The position numbers and the translations under genes were made by a program. Shown one piece after another: positions 25,339 through 37,929 of a stretch of DNA of 64,000 nucleotides; within the stretch, counting starts at the first letter, position 1, and each line of letters opens with the position of its first letter. The notes below the pieces were generated by a model. It was not told the origin of the DNA, ran no database searches, and saw only the letters and a list, made by a program, of their open reading frames with translations. The stretch is taken from assembly GCA_023213395.1 (NCBI GenBank), contig CM041465.1:171003741-171067740 (forward strand). The letters run 5' to 3'. The DNA is from Cycas panzhihuaensis (Eukaryota; Plantae; Cycadophyta).

Positions 25339-28300
25339 TGAGGTGACACAAGCTAGTCACACTCATAAACAGAAGGCAAGATTGGTTAAGATTTAATATA
25401 TCCAAATGATAATTGATTAATAATTGATAAATGATGAGTGATGTTTGATATTACATAGACCCAATATATTTATAGTCCATCTATGAAAGGTTGTGTTCAT
25501 TTATAAATAGATATGACCCTTCACTTAATTTAATTATGATTATTTATACCTAAATATACCATTTAGGCTCACTACAAGCTCTGCACTCTTGAAAGGCTTC
25601 ATCCTCAAAGCCTACTTAAATAGAATAGTCTTTGTACGAGCAACATAATGTCATATAGATTTATGAGATTCACATGTCGATTTAAATCACAATAGAAGTA
25701 AACATATGATTCAAAAGATGCTTTGTCCTAGATTCTCGTTAATCTTTTATTAAACCATGGTATTATAGACCAATATCTTCTAGTTTGATAAGACTTTTGG
25801 CTTTGTGATAATGGCATGGCATATTTATTTATTAAGTGGATTGTTGTTAAGACATCCCAAGGAATCTTCCACTCAAGATTATGATTAGGTATCTTGATTT
25901 TTTGAGATTTTTATCGATTTTCTATTATACTTTAAATTTTGATTATGGAGATATCCAATTTGATTTCTTCAACTTTTACGGGAATTAAAGGAATACTGAT
26001 GATGGTTCTTAAACAAATGATAGTATTTAGGAAATATTAAAGTGACCATATTGTAAGATCTTTTTTCTATATATTTATATTACTATTTGGTGTCAATTTT
26101 TCAGATTTGTCATCATTAGTTATTAATCTTGATTTGTTGATATTGGGGGGAGTAACATATTTGTTGTCATCAATATTAGGAGTTAATTTTTCACTGGATG
26201 GTTTATTTTCTAATGGAATAATTTGGTGATATATTTTATCATTAGATTCCTATTTATTGATATCTTTAGTGGAAATGATATGATGAGTAGGGATATGTCA
26301 TTTTTAAATTCTCCAGTTATCATCTTTATCTACATGCAAAAATGGTTTTTTTAGAACCTTCCAATTATTGTTCATATCATGTTCTTGGTTGTTTATCACC
26401 TTTATTAATATGTTTGGATCTGCATCCTTTTGGAAGTTTATTAATTCTTGATTCTTTCTTAGTTGTGTTTTTTCCTTTTGAATTATTACCAACAATATTA
26501 TGTCATTAAGGCTTATTAGTGTCATAGACGAATCTAGTTCTGATTGATGTTTGAATGTCATTTGATGATGGGGTTTTTTACTTCATATGTTTTTTACTTC
26601 ACTAGATTTTCTTTAGGGCTTAATTCAGTAGTAAATTCTATTTGTACTTTAGGAACAACAATATCCTTCTCTTTAAATTGATTTTTAAATGCTATTAAGA
26701 ATAGTTCCGAAGTTATAGTTTTATGGTTTTCATTTTCCTGTTCTTGTGACTAATTTTGCCACTAGTTGAATGTCATTTTATACATGTGTAGTGCGATATA
26801 TAATATTTTTTTTCTTCATCGTTTATGATGTTTTGATGTAAGAAAAAGTCTTCTAGCTCTTGCAACCATTTGAGGGCATATTCCTTTAGTCCATAGAATT
26901 AAGAAATGCTAAAATATTTCTTAATCTTTTAATCTGTCAAGTAAAGTAATCATAATTTGATGTATTCGACTTTTAACATGTCTTGTCTATGTGTTGGATT
27001 TAAATAGTCTAATTCTTTCAAATATTATGATAGAGAATATTCCATGGTAACATTTTAAAAGTAATATCATCTTTATTTTTATGTTATATTATATACATAT
27101 TAGATGATATGCGGTAACGTAAGTTATGATTTAGGTATAAATAATAATTGATATGAAAGTAGGTTAAGCCTCTTAATCAGTATAGTATATTATGATTGGA
27201 TTAGCCTACACACAATTCTAACTCTAAACTTAATAAACAAATAATATATTTATGTCGTTGGTCCTTTGATTGTGATTATATATGTATCACTATAATACCT
27301 TATGCAAATGTAGGTAAGGTAACTATGGCCCTTCTTAAAAGCACTTAGAATATTTGATAGTCAAAAAGATTAATTGATTATATAAGTGATGTGATTTGAT
27401 AAGTTATTATAAGTACTTATAAATAATTTATGTTAAATAATAATATGAACAATTCTAAGATAAATATGAAGAACAATGTGCAGTATATTTAACTATTAAA
27501 ATATATTATGAATATGTGATATATAAGTGTTAATAATGATATGGAAAGTGGTTATATCATATATTTTATTATTTATGAATGATGGCATAAAAGCTAAAAG
27601 ATAAATATAAATAATTATAAATGAATATAAATAAGCAATGCATAATATATTTAGTCTGTTGTGATATATTATGAATGTATTATATATATGAGAAAAAAAT
27701 ATTTTTTAATAAGTCACGTATAAAAAGTATGAAGAAAGGGGCGGCAAATAGAATAAAGAAAAGTGATTTTCAGAAATGATATACCAGATTATTAAGGTGA
27801 CTGTGTATAAAATAATATGTATAATATAATATGTTAATTGAATATAAGTAATGATACTTGTATTATTAAGGCTATCATAATATTATTCCATATATTATTT
27901 ATATGCACTATAAATGGGCTAGATGGACATAACAAGGCTGAATGCTAATGATTTATTTACTGAACAATGGATAGCGTGAAGAACTGAACAACCCAAGAGG
28001 ATAGCCTAACACATGGCCGCTGAAATGATGGCAAATAACATACTATGATGATGAGTGACAAATTTTGGCTATGTATCACAAGTAGATATGTAGCTAAGTG
28101 GTGGATAATAAGAATTTTATATAGGTTATTATTTATAATGGTCGCTGATATATTAATATAAATGTGTAAATAAGCATTAAAGTTATTAGTATTGTATAAT
28201 ATTTTATACAATATTATACGAATGGAGTAATATAGTTGATAATTATAAGTTCCCTCCTATACTTTTATATGGTTACATGTTATGAATATATATGGCATAC

Positions 28301-28478
28301 AACATTATTGGTTTATGCCTCTAGCAACAATGACACTGTAAGCTCTTACAGAAGACTTGATCATAATTTTTTTATTTTATTTGTAGTACCAAGCTCTTGT
28401 ATTAGTTAAATTCAAGTGTAGGTGTTTGGCACTAAGGTGTGATGTTAAATAAGATGTTATCACATTGTTGAAGTACTA

Positions 28479-28553
<75 letters not shown>

Positions 28554-28585
28554 TCTATATATATATATATATATATATCTATATA

Positions 28586-28674
<89 letters not shown>

Positions 28675-28745
28675 ATATATATATGTATGTATGTATATAT
28701 ATATATGTATGTATGCATATGTATATATGTATGTATGTATATGTA

Positions 28746-28790
<45 letters not shown>

Positions 28791-29060
28791 GTTTATAGCA
28801 CTATCAGAATTTGGGCTCTGATACCACTTGAGGTGACCTAACCTATTCACGCTCATAAATAGGAGGCAAGGTTGGTCAAGATTGAATATACCCAAAGGAT
28901 AATTGATTAATAATTAATAAATGATGAATGATGTTTGATATTACATTAACCCAATATATTTATAATCTATCTATGGAAGGTTATGTCCATTTACAAATAG
29001 ACATGACCCTTCACTTAATCTAATTATAATTGTTTATTCTTAAATATATCGTTTAGGCTC
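25339..29060 (-). mobile_element. Non-autonomous Gypsy-like LTR element with ~238-bp LTRs (25339-25576; 28829-29060, truncated)
   Basis: Direct repeats reading TGTAGTGAG...CACCTCA on the minus strand, perfect PBS TGGTATCAGAGC at 28815-28826, gag remnant FYGLKEYALKWLQELEDFF near 26850-26900; no pol recognised. Confidence 0.8.
28479..28787. repeat. Interrupted (TA)n/(TATG)n microsatellite
   Basis: Seen directly in the sequence. Confidence 0.95.
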
Positions 29061-29412
29061 CATGGAAGTTGAATACAAAGTAATTATTCATGTCAACACT
29101 ACAATAATTTGGCTATGCAAGATTCTTGTAGAGCTTGGACTTCATCAAACTCAAGCCACCACTCTCTTTTGTAATAATTAAAGTGTTTTAAAGATGACTA
29201 AGAATCGTGTCTTCCATATGAGAACCAAACACATCGAAGTCCATCATTACTTCATCTATAAGCATATGTAAAATGGAGAAGTTGACTTAGTATACTAACT
29301 GACTAAGGGCCAAGTGATAGATATCTTCACCAAAGCACTTGGGAGACCAAAATTTAAAAGGTTTTGGCATGACCTCGACGTCAAAACAAATATAGTTGTC
29401 ATTGAGGGAGGT
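29059..29412 (+). mobile_element. Copia RNase H C-terminus plus PPT, followed by a probable LTR from ~29412
   Basis: SMEVEYK...IWLCKILVELG...VFHMRTKHIEVHHYF...QVIDIFTKALGRPKF, then attgagggagg-TGTTA. Confidence 0.8.
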
Positions 29413-29896
29413 GTTAAAACATTTAACAACACCTCATTTATAATCATATTTTTATGCATCTTATATCATTAATATGCCATGATGTAATTCAAATGTAATG
29501 TAATATTATCTCAAATCTATCCCCTTACTAAAAAGTAGGCCAATGATATTTGCCCGTTATATCAACCACTGAGATTTTTTTTGTAAGGCATATCTTCATC
29601 TCTAAATTAGACCTAAACACCCTCATTTATACATTAAATTGTTATGTATACAGAAGCTCTATCAGAATATAGATCGACAATGTAATTAGTTTACCCGTCG
29701 CAGTTCTTTGTTATCAATTTCCTTTGTTCTATTATCTATTGGATATTATTTGTGTTGTTCCTTCTTTTATATCTTTTATATTTATATACACATATGTTAT
29801 CTTGATCTTGTTTATGAATTTTACATAGAGGTCCTCAATAGAACTTTAGAGATATATCTATGTTGTTTTTCCTCAGAACACCAAAATTAATAAAGT

Positions 29897-32237
29897 TGTT
29901 GGTTAGCTCTAGTAGAATATTGATATAATTCCTTACACCACTCTACAATTAGCATGCCCTCCTTCATGGCCCTATATAGTTATCCCCTACCTTCCCATTA
30001 AACATTGACCACTAACTTGCATACAACCTCAATATAATAGAAATTGTAAAGTATGGGTAAAATCCTAAACACCCTCAAACAAGTAACGTGATGAAGTAAC
30101 GTGATGACTGCCACCACTCTGATTGAATCATTTCTATTGGTGATATGGTCTTTATTCACCTCTAACTATATAAATAACAATCACTCTACCACAATAGAAA
30201 CCATAAACTTAATCCTTAATACTATGGTTCTTATAAGGTTAGACTACACATTGATAAAGTTACTTATGCCCTTAAACTCCCTTCTGATACTAAGATCTAT
30301 AATGTCTTCAATATGTCATGCCTAAAAAAGCTCCTCGAAAAGTATATTATATTATAGACCACTCTCCTAAACCTTGTTGAAGAGTAACTCCTAACTATTC
30401 CCACAAACTATATTTTGGAAACTAAACACCTCCATCTCTAAAATAGGATTGTTTCAAACATTCGGTGTAATTGACTGGCAACATATCTAAAGAAGTGACA
30501 TGGAATTTGGATGAATTCATCAAGAAGCATCCACATTTATTACATTATGGGGACTCAGGTCTCAGGGTAGGGGACATGTTATATAACGACTAGTTATTGA
30601 TAAAACTCTTATCAATGTACCCCTTGTTAGTAAGAAGCATATGTTAATTTTGGCCATTAAAATGTGTGTCTGGGCTGTTGAAGGCCACTAATAAAAATAA
30701 AGGCCAAATACCTTTCCAATATGATTCATTGACTAAACAGCCATTTTACCTATTTGAGGCCATATGGATGTAAAAGAAGATTAGTTTAGAATATAAAATT
30801 GCTACCGTCCATTTGGTGTATTGTTTTGGTATTCGTTTTAGTGTTCATTTGTGTTCTTTCTATGTTTTATTCTTCTATTTTATGTTTAGGTGCAAAGAAA
30901 TACTAGGAGGAACCATATTAAGCGGTATTAGAGCTTGGTTATGTGATGAAGGGGAGCTATGCAATAAGCAAAATCAAGATTTTTTTTTCCAGCCAAAGTA
31001 AGTACTCTCTTTGTATAAGTAGAGATTAAGGAAAGACCTTCTCTCAGTGCTCTCTCCACACAAAGATTGAGGAATAGAACCAATGGCATTCAAAAGTCAT
31101 GAAGAAAAGGAATTTTTTTTCCCTTGGTAATGCTCAACGCATATCCTTTGAATTTAATTTAGTCTAATTTAGTTTATTTTAATTACAGTACTTATGTCAT
31201 CAACTCAATGGTAGATAAAGTCACTTGGTGGCTATCCTTTCCCCTTCTACTCCTCATTCTCATATAGATAACTCTGTATGGAGACCACCCAAAGTAGTTA
31301 AGTAGAGACCTTATACCAGGGATTTATAAAGATCATAGTAATCTATCATTTTGGGTAAGTGCATTGTGGTTTTTCTGCCATTTACATGAAAGATTAGAAA
31401 TAACACTCCTGAATAAAGCATTAAACATAATGTGGCTGTAGAATTATACCTCTACATACCTTTGAGTATATAGAAGGACCCCTATAGGTCCTAAATCCTT
31501 CCTAGTGTAGACAACCTATAAGTTACTAAAGTCATATAGTGTAGTGGTTAGTAATTAGCACCATGAAGCTACTTGCCCTAAACTTTTACATAAGAAGTCT
31601 ATTAGTAAACTTACAAGACCAAGCATACCTTGTCTAATGGTTAGTGGAATATCTTATTTCTAGTCACATCTTGATTCAAATGCTCTACCTCCTACTTAAG
31701 ATTTAAAAATATAGGATAACAGACCTTAAAAAAAAAAACAAAGCCATCTCATAGTCCATAGTGAATTCTAAAATTTAAAATACTTTTTGGATTTAGAAAC
31801 AACCAATGCAATTATACTTAAGGTAAAAAAAATGTCAATGGCCCAAAAATACCCTTGGTGACCTATACATCTTATTTTGATTAGCACGTAATGCTGACCA
31901 TTTTTCATTAGGGTAGTTTTAACTTAAAATTTTTTGATACAATAGTATATAGGCATCTTGTAAACATTTGGCACAATTGACTGGCAGTAAACCTAAGGAA
32001 ACAACATGGGAGCTAGATGAATTTGTTAAGTAGCATCCATATCTATTACACTGTGGGGACTCAATATCTTAGGAGAGGGGACCTATTACATAACCACTAG
32101 TGGTTGACAGAACTCTTGTGAATGTACTCTTTATTAGTAAAAAACAGGTATTAATGTTGACCATTAGAATGTGTGCGCAGGTCACTTAGGGCCACCAATA
32201 GAAATAAATATTAAATGCCTCTCCAATGAGATTCATA
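29897..32237 (+). mobile_element. Gypsy (chromovirus-like) relic: integrase C-terminus/chromodomain, PPT, LTR (30577-~30920), PBS, short internal region, second chromodomain end, PPT, truncated LTR (32084-32237)
   Basis: WLALVEY*YNSLHHSTISMPSFMALYSYP and FNMSCLKK motifs. 30455-30730 is repeated at 31960-32237. PBS-like cGGTATtAGAGC at 30923-30934. Confidence 0.7.
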
Positions 32238-33649
32238 CATAGGTTCAAAATTTTTAATTCTAATCAATTCTAACTATAGATGTTCTTATGTGTATTTATT
32301 AGCCTTGAACAATTACTATTATCTATTACATATGTACATACATTTACATTTTGATATTAGTTACATAGATGAAGTAAACTGGGGATAGGTGTAGTTGGTA
32401 CTTTCACTAAAACTATATACAAATATAAGAGCCATTTAAATGAAAAAGGTGATATTAATTTTTAAATGTAGTTTTGATTTTAAAAACAATTTTGGTTTTC
32501 ATTGTTAGCATATGCAAGTGTGAATCTAAAAGCAATTGTTCCATTTATTGTCTTTATTATTGGAAAAGTCCTATATTCATGCAAAATGAAGAATTAAAGT
32601 AGAAGAAAATATTTAGTGTATCTAAAAGTTACTTTTAGAATTATTTTGATTTATGGAGCCTTACCCTATTAACATTTAGGGTTAAAGATAAACACCTACC
32701 ACGACTTTGAACAAGCTTAGACACATGAAAAAGTAAGTTTTTGTACCCTTAAAAGGAACTTGTGCACACTAAGTAGATGTGCTTATTTAGGAAATCAAGC
32801 CCTTATACCTTAGTCATTATGACATAGGTTTTACATTTTTTGGGCAAAATTTTCAAGGATAAGACCATGAAAGGAGAGAGGTAATGATGAATTTTAGAAA
32901 TAACAATATATATCTTGATTTTGTATATAAGTTTTTTAAGGAGACATGAACATAAGCATATGAACTTCTCTTTACTTGGGCATTTCCACCTTAGTGTACC
33001 TCTAGTTATTGTCCTATATTGTGCAGTTATTATGACTCTCTTACCTATCTTATTTTTAGTATTTATGTACCATTTTCAAGGATTAAATGGAGGAATACAA
33101 GAAGTGACGATAGATTTCAATGTAACTTTAAAGGTGATTCTAACAGTGCTAATGCACTTGTAGCTTCTTAACCACATATATATGCATGCCATGATTCACT
33201 CCTATTTATATCCCATAGCACTTTGATTCTTATGTCCATGACTTATGCTTGTATGTTAGCCACATATATTTTCATTATAAATTTGTATGCATATTTGTTT
33301 AAATGATATTGTGACAACATCATTGAATGACCTTTTCTTTCACATTAAATATGCACATATGAATTTGGAGGAAAGTAGAACGTTAAAGTCTATGGTCTTC
33401 TCCTTTGTGTTGAATATGTATTCATTATTGTTTTGAATTTACTTTGATTATCATTGCCACCCAATTGTAATTTCCTCATTATTTCTAGATACCATTTTAT
33501 TGAGTGCAAGTTGCATTTGTTTGTCCTCTTTCTTTCTTTGTATTTCAGTTATTCAACCTAGATTGCTTGTAGTATGGAACACGTTATTTGTACTTACCTT
33601 ATCGCACTACTTGTATTCCTTAATTACCTAGAATTATTGGGCTAGATTC

Positions 33650-34058
33650 TTGACCATGTGAATTTAAGATGCATGTATGCATATGAGCTCAAGGGACGTC
33701 AAGGCATTAAAGTGTGTGGCATGCTGACTTCTTTATATACATAGTTTATATTCCTAGTCTGTTCTCATCTTTGTCATTAAAGTGTGTGGCATGTTGGCTT
33801 CTTTATATACATAGTTTATATTCCTAGTCCCTTCTCATCCTTGTCACATATTATAATTATAGTCGTTAAGTCAATTTTACCTATAGCATGTTGTATCCAT
33901 GCATCTTCCCTTTTCTAATGTTGCTTGACTAATTTAAACCCCATTTAGAAGCATATGTGGCTTACTTAAGTGGTCAAGTTTCTTTTTGGGTCAACCACTC
34001 TTTCTCTTCATGGGTATTCACACTTGGGATACATTTATCTTTGATTGCCTATATATAT
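33650..34058 (+). promoter_or_regulatory. Promoter of LRR-RLK copy 2 with five W-boxes and a TATA box
   Basis: TTGACC 33650, AGTCAA 33869, TTGACT 33925, GGTCAA 33972, GGTCAA 33989; tatatatat at ~34050. Confidence 0.6.
33706..33845. repeat. 70-bp tandem duplication in the copy-2 promoter
   Basis: attaaagtgtgtggcatg...ttgtc occurs at 33706 and 33776; it is single in copy 1 (~1107-1176). Confidence 0.92.
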
Positions 34059-34114
34059 GAGTTTGAAGGAGGTTAACCCACACATAGCCCTAAGATTCAT
34101 TTTCATTTTTGAAG

Positions 34115-37100
34115 ATGCATCTCTTATTGTTATTTGTTCTATCCTCCCTTAGATTCCTTCTATCATGCTCAACTCTTGCCCAAGCATCTCATTTTAATCC
34201 TCATCCCCACCTCAACAATGCTACTGATTAGCAGTCTCTTTTGGCATTCAAGGCTTCGATCATGTCTGATCCTAACGATGTATTAGGCAATTGGGATTCT
34301 AATGTAACCTTCTGCAATTGGGGAGGCATTTGGTGCAGTTCAAGAAGAGAAAGAGTGGTGGTCATAAATCTCCAAAGCAAGGGCTTAAGAGGGACCATCA
34401 CCCCCTTTTTAAAAAATCTATCGTTTTTGCATTCGCTACGACTTGGTAATAATAGTTTTTATGGTCCCATTCCACACGAATTAGGAAGCCTCCGCCGGTT
34501 AAGAACCCTTTCGTTGCCGATAAACGAGTTAGAGGGTCCCATTCCGACGGCACTCGCTAATTGTAGCAAACTGGAAATCTTAGCTCTCTCGTTCAACGGA
34601 ATCATTCCGCCTGAGCTATCTCTTCTGACAGGTTTACAGATACTTTACCTTGATCAAAGCAACCTCAAGGGAACCATTCCTCCATCGTTCGGAAACCTCT
34701 CTGCCCTGGTGGAATTGGACTTGGGGGTGAACAATCTGCGGGGTGTCATTGCCCCTCGGTTGGGTCTCCTCATCAATCTACAGTCCCTTTCGATTAGCGA
34801 GAATCACCTGAGCGGACACATTCCACCGTCCCTCTCCAACTGCACTGCCCTCTTCGAATTGGGTTTCTACGACAACCATTTGACGGGAACGATTCCCGTG
34901 GAGTTGGGCGCCAGGCTCCTCAATCTGCAAGTACTGTCTCTGTGGAAGAACCAGCTGAGTGGTAGCATTCCGGAGTCTGTGGGCAACTGTACGCAACTCA
35001 CAAAACTTGCCCTGAACGAGAATCAACTGACAGGTGCAGTGCCGGTGGCCTTGGGTAAGTTGCATCTTCTTGAACGCCTTTATTTGCATAATAATCGACT
35101 TGTCAGCGGTGACGGATTGCCCGTTCTCACGGCACTCGCCAATTGCTCCGTCCTCCAAGAAATACATTTGAATTCCAATAATCTCACCGGCGTGTTGCCC
35201 CCTTCCATAGGCCGACTGTCTACCAATCTCTCCGTTTTGCGCCTGCAAATCAATCGCATTGGAGGAAACATTCCTCCGCAGATTGGGAACCTCAAGAGCC
35301 TGTACCACCTGGATTTAAGTAGCAATCTCTTTAACGGCGCCCTCCCACCAGCACTCAAAGGACTGGTAAACTTGCAAAGATTGCATCTGGACAACAACAG
35401 ACTGCAAGGAAGCATTCCAAGAGAGATCGGTTATCTGAGTAACCTTGGAGAGCTGTACTTGGGCAATAATAGGATCTCCGGAGAAATTCCTTCCTCTGTT
35501 GGCGATCTTCAACAACTGAGATACCTTGATCTCCATCAAAACCAATTGACAGGAAGGATACCGGAGACTCTGGGAAATTGTTGGCGTATGGAATTGCTAG
35601 ATCTGTCCTACAACAGATTCAGTGAAGACATACCGCCAAATGTTGCCGGCCTTCCAAATTTACTTAAATATTTCAATTTGTCAAGCAACTCTCTGCGAGG
35701 CTCCTTGCCTTTGGAGATCGGTCAGATGGCAAAGGTCTTAGCTATAGATATTTCTATGAATCGCTTACACGGTGCCATTCCGGGCACGCTTGGGGGTTGC
35801 TCGGCTCTACAATACCTCAATCTTTCTCACAATGCATTAGAAGGGGGTATGTCTCCAGATTCGTTTGGCCAACTAAGAAGTCTCCAGGACATGGATCTCT
35901 CTTTCAATGGCTTGTCCGGAAGAATACCAGAGTCCTTGGAAACGCTCAATATGCTTGCTCACTTGAACCTCTCTTTCAACAACTTGAGCGGAGAAATCCC
36001 AAGAGCAGGGGTGTTTACCAATCTTACCAGTCCATCGTTTATAGGAAATCCTGGCCTTTGTGGATCGTGGATACATTTGCCTGCATGTCTCGCTTCTGCT
36101 TCCGGAAACATACAGATTCTGCACACGCAGTTCTCAAAAGAATAATAGCGTCGGTAGCTGCCGTTGGCGGTCTTATACTGTTCATCTTACTCGTGGGCTT
36201 CTTTCGGAGTCGCAATTGGTATCTCAAGCATTTGGATCTCTCCAAAGGTTTTACGCCAAAACGAGGGCCCCCAAGGATTTCATATCAGGAGCTTCTTACT
36301 GCAACTAATGGTTTCGACGAGGCCAACTTGCTAGGAGTTGGTAGCTTTGGGTCTGTCTATAAAGCCATTCTCCGTGACCGACCCACGGCTGTAACCTCCT
36401 TCTCCGACGAACACCTCAAATGTCTGGTTTTTCAGTTCATGCCTAATGGAAGTTTGGAAAAGTGCTTGCACGCTGCTGCAGATGACAATACCGTGGATAC
36501 AGAAGTGTGTGGGTTAAGTTTGAGTGATCGATTGAATGTGGCGATAGACTTAGCCCGTGGCATGACATATTTGCATCACGATAGTTTTGAGCAGGTGGTT
36601 CACTGTGATTTAAAGCCTAGCAGTGTGCTCCTTGACGAAAGCATGACAGCACGCGTGACGGACTTTGACATTGCAAAATTAATTTATCCAAACTCCACCG
36701 ATTCACTCACTTCAACACAGGCTCTCAGAGGTTCGATCGGCTACATCGCCCCAGGTGGCCCACTTATTTGTATTCTCTGTGGATTTGTATTGGAATTGGA
36801 AAACCCAAAATCTAATTGTGTGAATTGGAATGCAGAGTATGGATTGAATGGAAGGGTTTCAACCAAGGGAGATGTGTACAGCTATGGCATTTTGTTGTTG
36901 GAAATGCTTACAAGGAAAAAGCCAACCGACGCCATGTTTGCTGAAGGGGATTTGGAGCTGCACAAGTGGGTCGCCTTGGCTTATCCTGATAGAATACCCG
37001 ACGTGGTTGATCGCAGCTTGCTGGAGGGTTTCAATACTGAGCGGCAGGAGATCGTCCGCTGTTGTCTTCTTCGACTGGTGCATGTGGGATTACTGTCCTC

Positions 37101-37287
37101 CAAAGAATCACCAAAAGACCGACCGAGCATGAGAGCGGTGGCGGGGGCATTGGAGAGTATTAAGCAGAGCTTTGAAGCAACCACACCGTCTGCCAGATTT
37201 GCATCGGATATATGGCATTTAGTGGCCAATACAAGTGCTGCTGGCGGAGGGTCGGAATCCCGAAGCTCTACTACATCTACTGTCTAG
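34115..37287 (+). pseudogene. LRR receptor-like kinase pseudogene (LRR-XII, non-RD), copy 2
   Basis: Signal peptide, ~23 LRRs, GNPGLCG, TM segment, GxGxFGSVYK, HCDLKP (non-RD), GSIGYIAPE. Lesions: TAG at 34229 (codon 39), 9-bp deletion in LRR4, -1 frameshift at ~36104, ~102-bp in-frame loss of the AIK...HRNLV segment at ~36391, and DFG changed to DFD. Confidence 0.93.
36755..36835 (+). other. 81-bp GT-AG intron in the kinase APE motif of copy 2
   Basis: gcc cca g|gt...tgcag|ag tat gga; splicing restores IAPEYG. Confidence 0.85.
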
Positions 37288-37929
37288 TTACTGCTGCTAA
37301 GATATGAGGCCGCAAAGTAGGGGCTCTTCTTTTCCTTAACGAGTTCTATACCATATTGGAACTCGCAAATAATTACCGCGATGATTTTTCTTTTTCTATA
37401 TAGGTGTATGGATGTTTTTCATATGATGTCGAAAGACAAGGAATTCTTTGACATTGCCGTTGTAGATTATTTGTCCATTCATCTTCTATGGTCATTATGC
37501 ATCTGTCTCCAAATAATAAAATATAATAAAACACCACTTTGAGAGTAAGGATGAGAGAAGAGAGGGGAAACAAGTAAGCTAAGAGACAAGGCACTCGAGT
37601 ATGGGATGGGACATGGGTACAAAGGGTTAAGATGACATGATATTAGATGTGACATAAATATAAAGAGGACAAATAATATGTCATTATAATTAACATTAGA
37701 AAAATAATAGCGAGTATGCATATACATGTATACAAACAAATCCATGGTAATTATTTACAATGACAACAATCACCCACTTGATAACATTTTTGGGGATGAA
37801 ATAAAACTTCAAACTATCACTTCTTTATGAAAATGATAAAGAATATATAAATAAGCTCTTATGTAATTGTTGTTTAAAGCTGCAATTAAAAAAAACTAAT
37901 ATAATGTTATTTAGAGATGTTGGGAATTG

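Larger units (their letters stand above)
32597..37878 (+). repeat. Segmental duplication copy 2
   Basis: Collinear with 1-4195, apart from the indels listed for the two pseudogenes and their flanks. Confidence 0.95.

Noticed and set aside
28476-28895. YIYI/CVCV-type ORFs here and at 6301-6570 and 63050-63755
   Set aside because: They are translations of (TA)n/(CA)n microsatellites.
34778-35545. Antisense ORFs over the LRR region (and similar ones over copy 1, the LINE and the Copia elements)
   Set aside because: They are shadow frames of real coding DNA with no independent motifs.
35797-36103. N-terminus of the 496-aa ORF
   Set aside because: It is an alternative-frame reading of the LRR exon upstream of the -1 frameshift; only the part after ~36104 is real RLK sequence.
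36755-36835. GGPLICILCG...NWNA as a kinase insertion
   Set aside because: It is a canonical GT-AG intron; the orthologous intron in copy 1 is 83 bp and out of frame.
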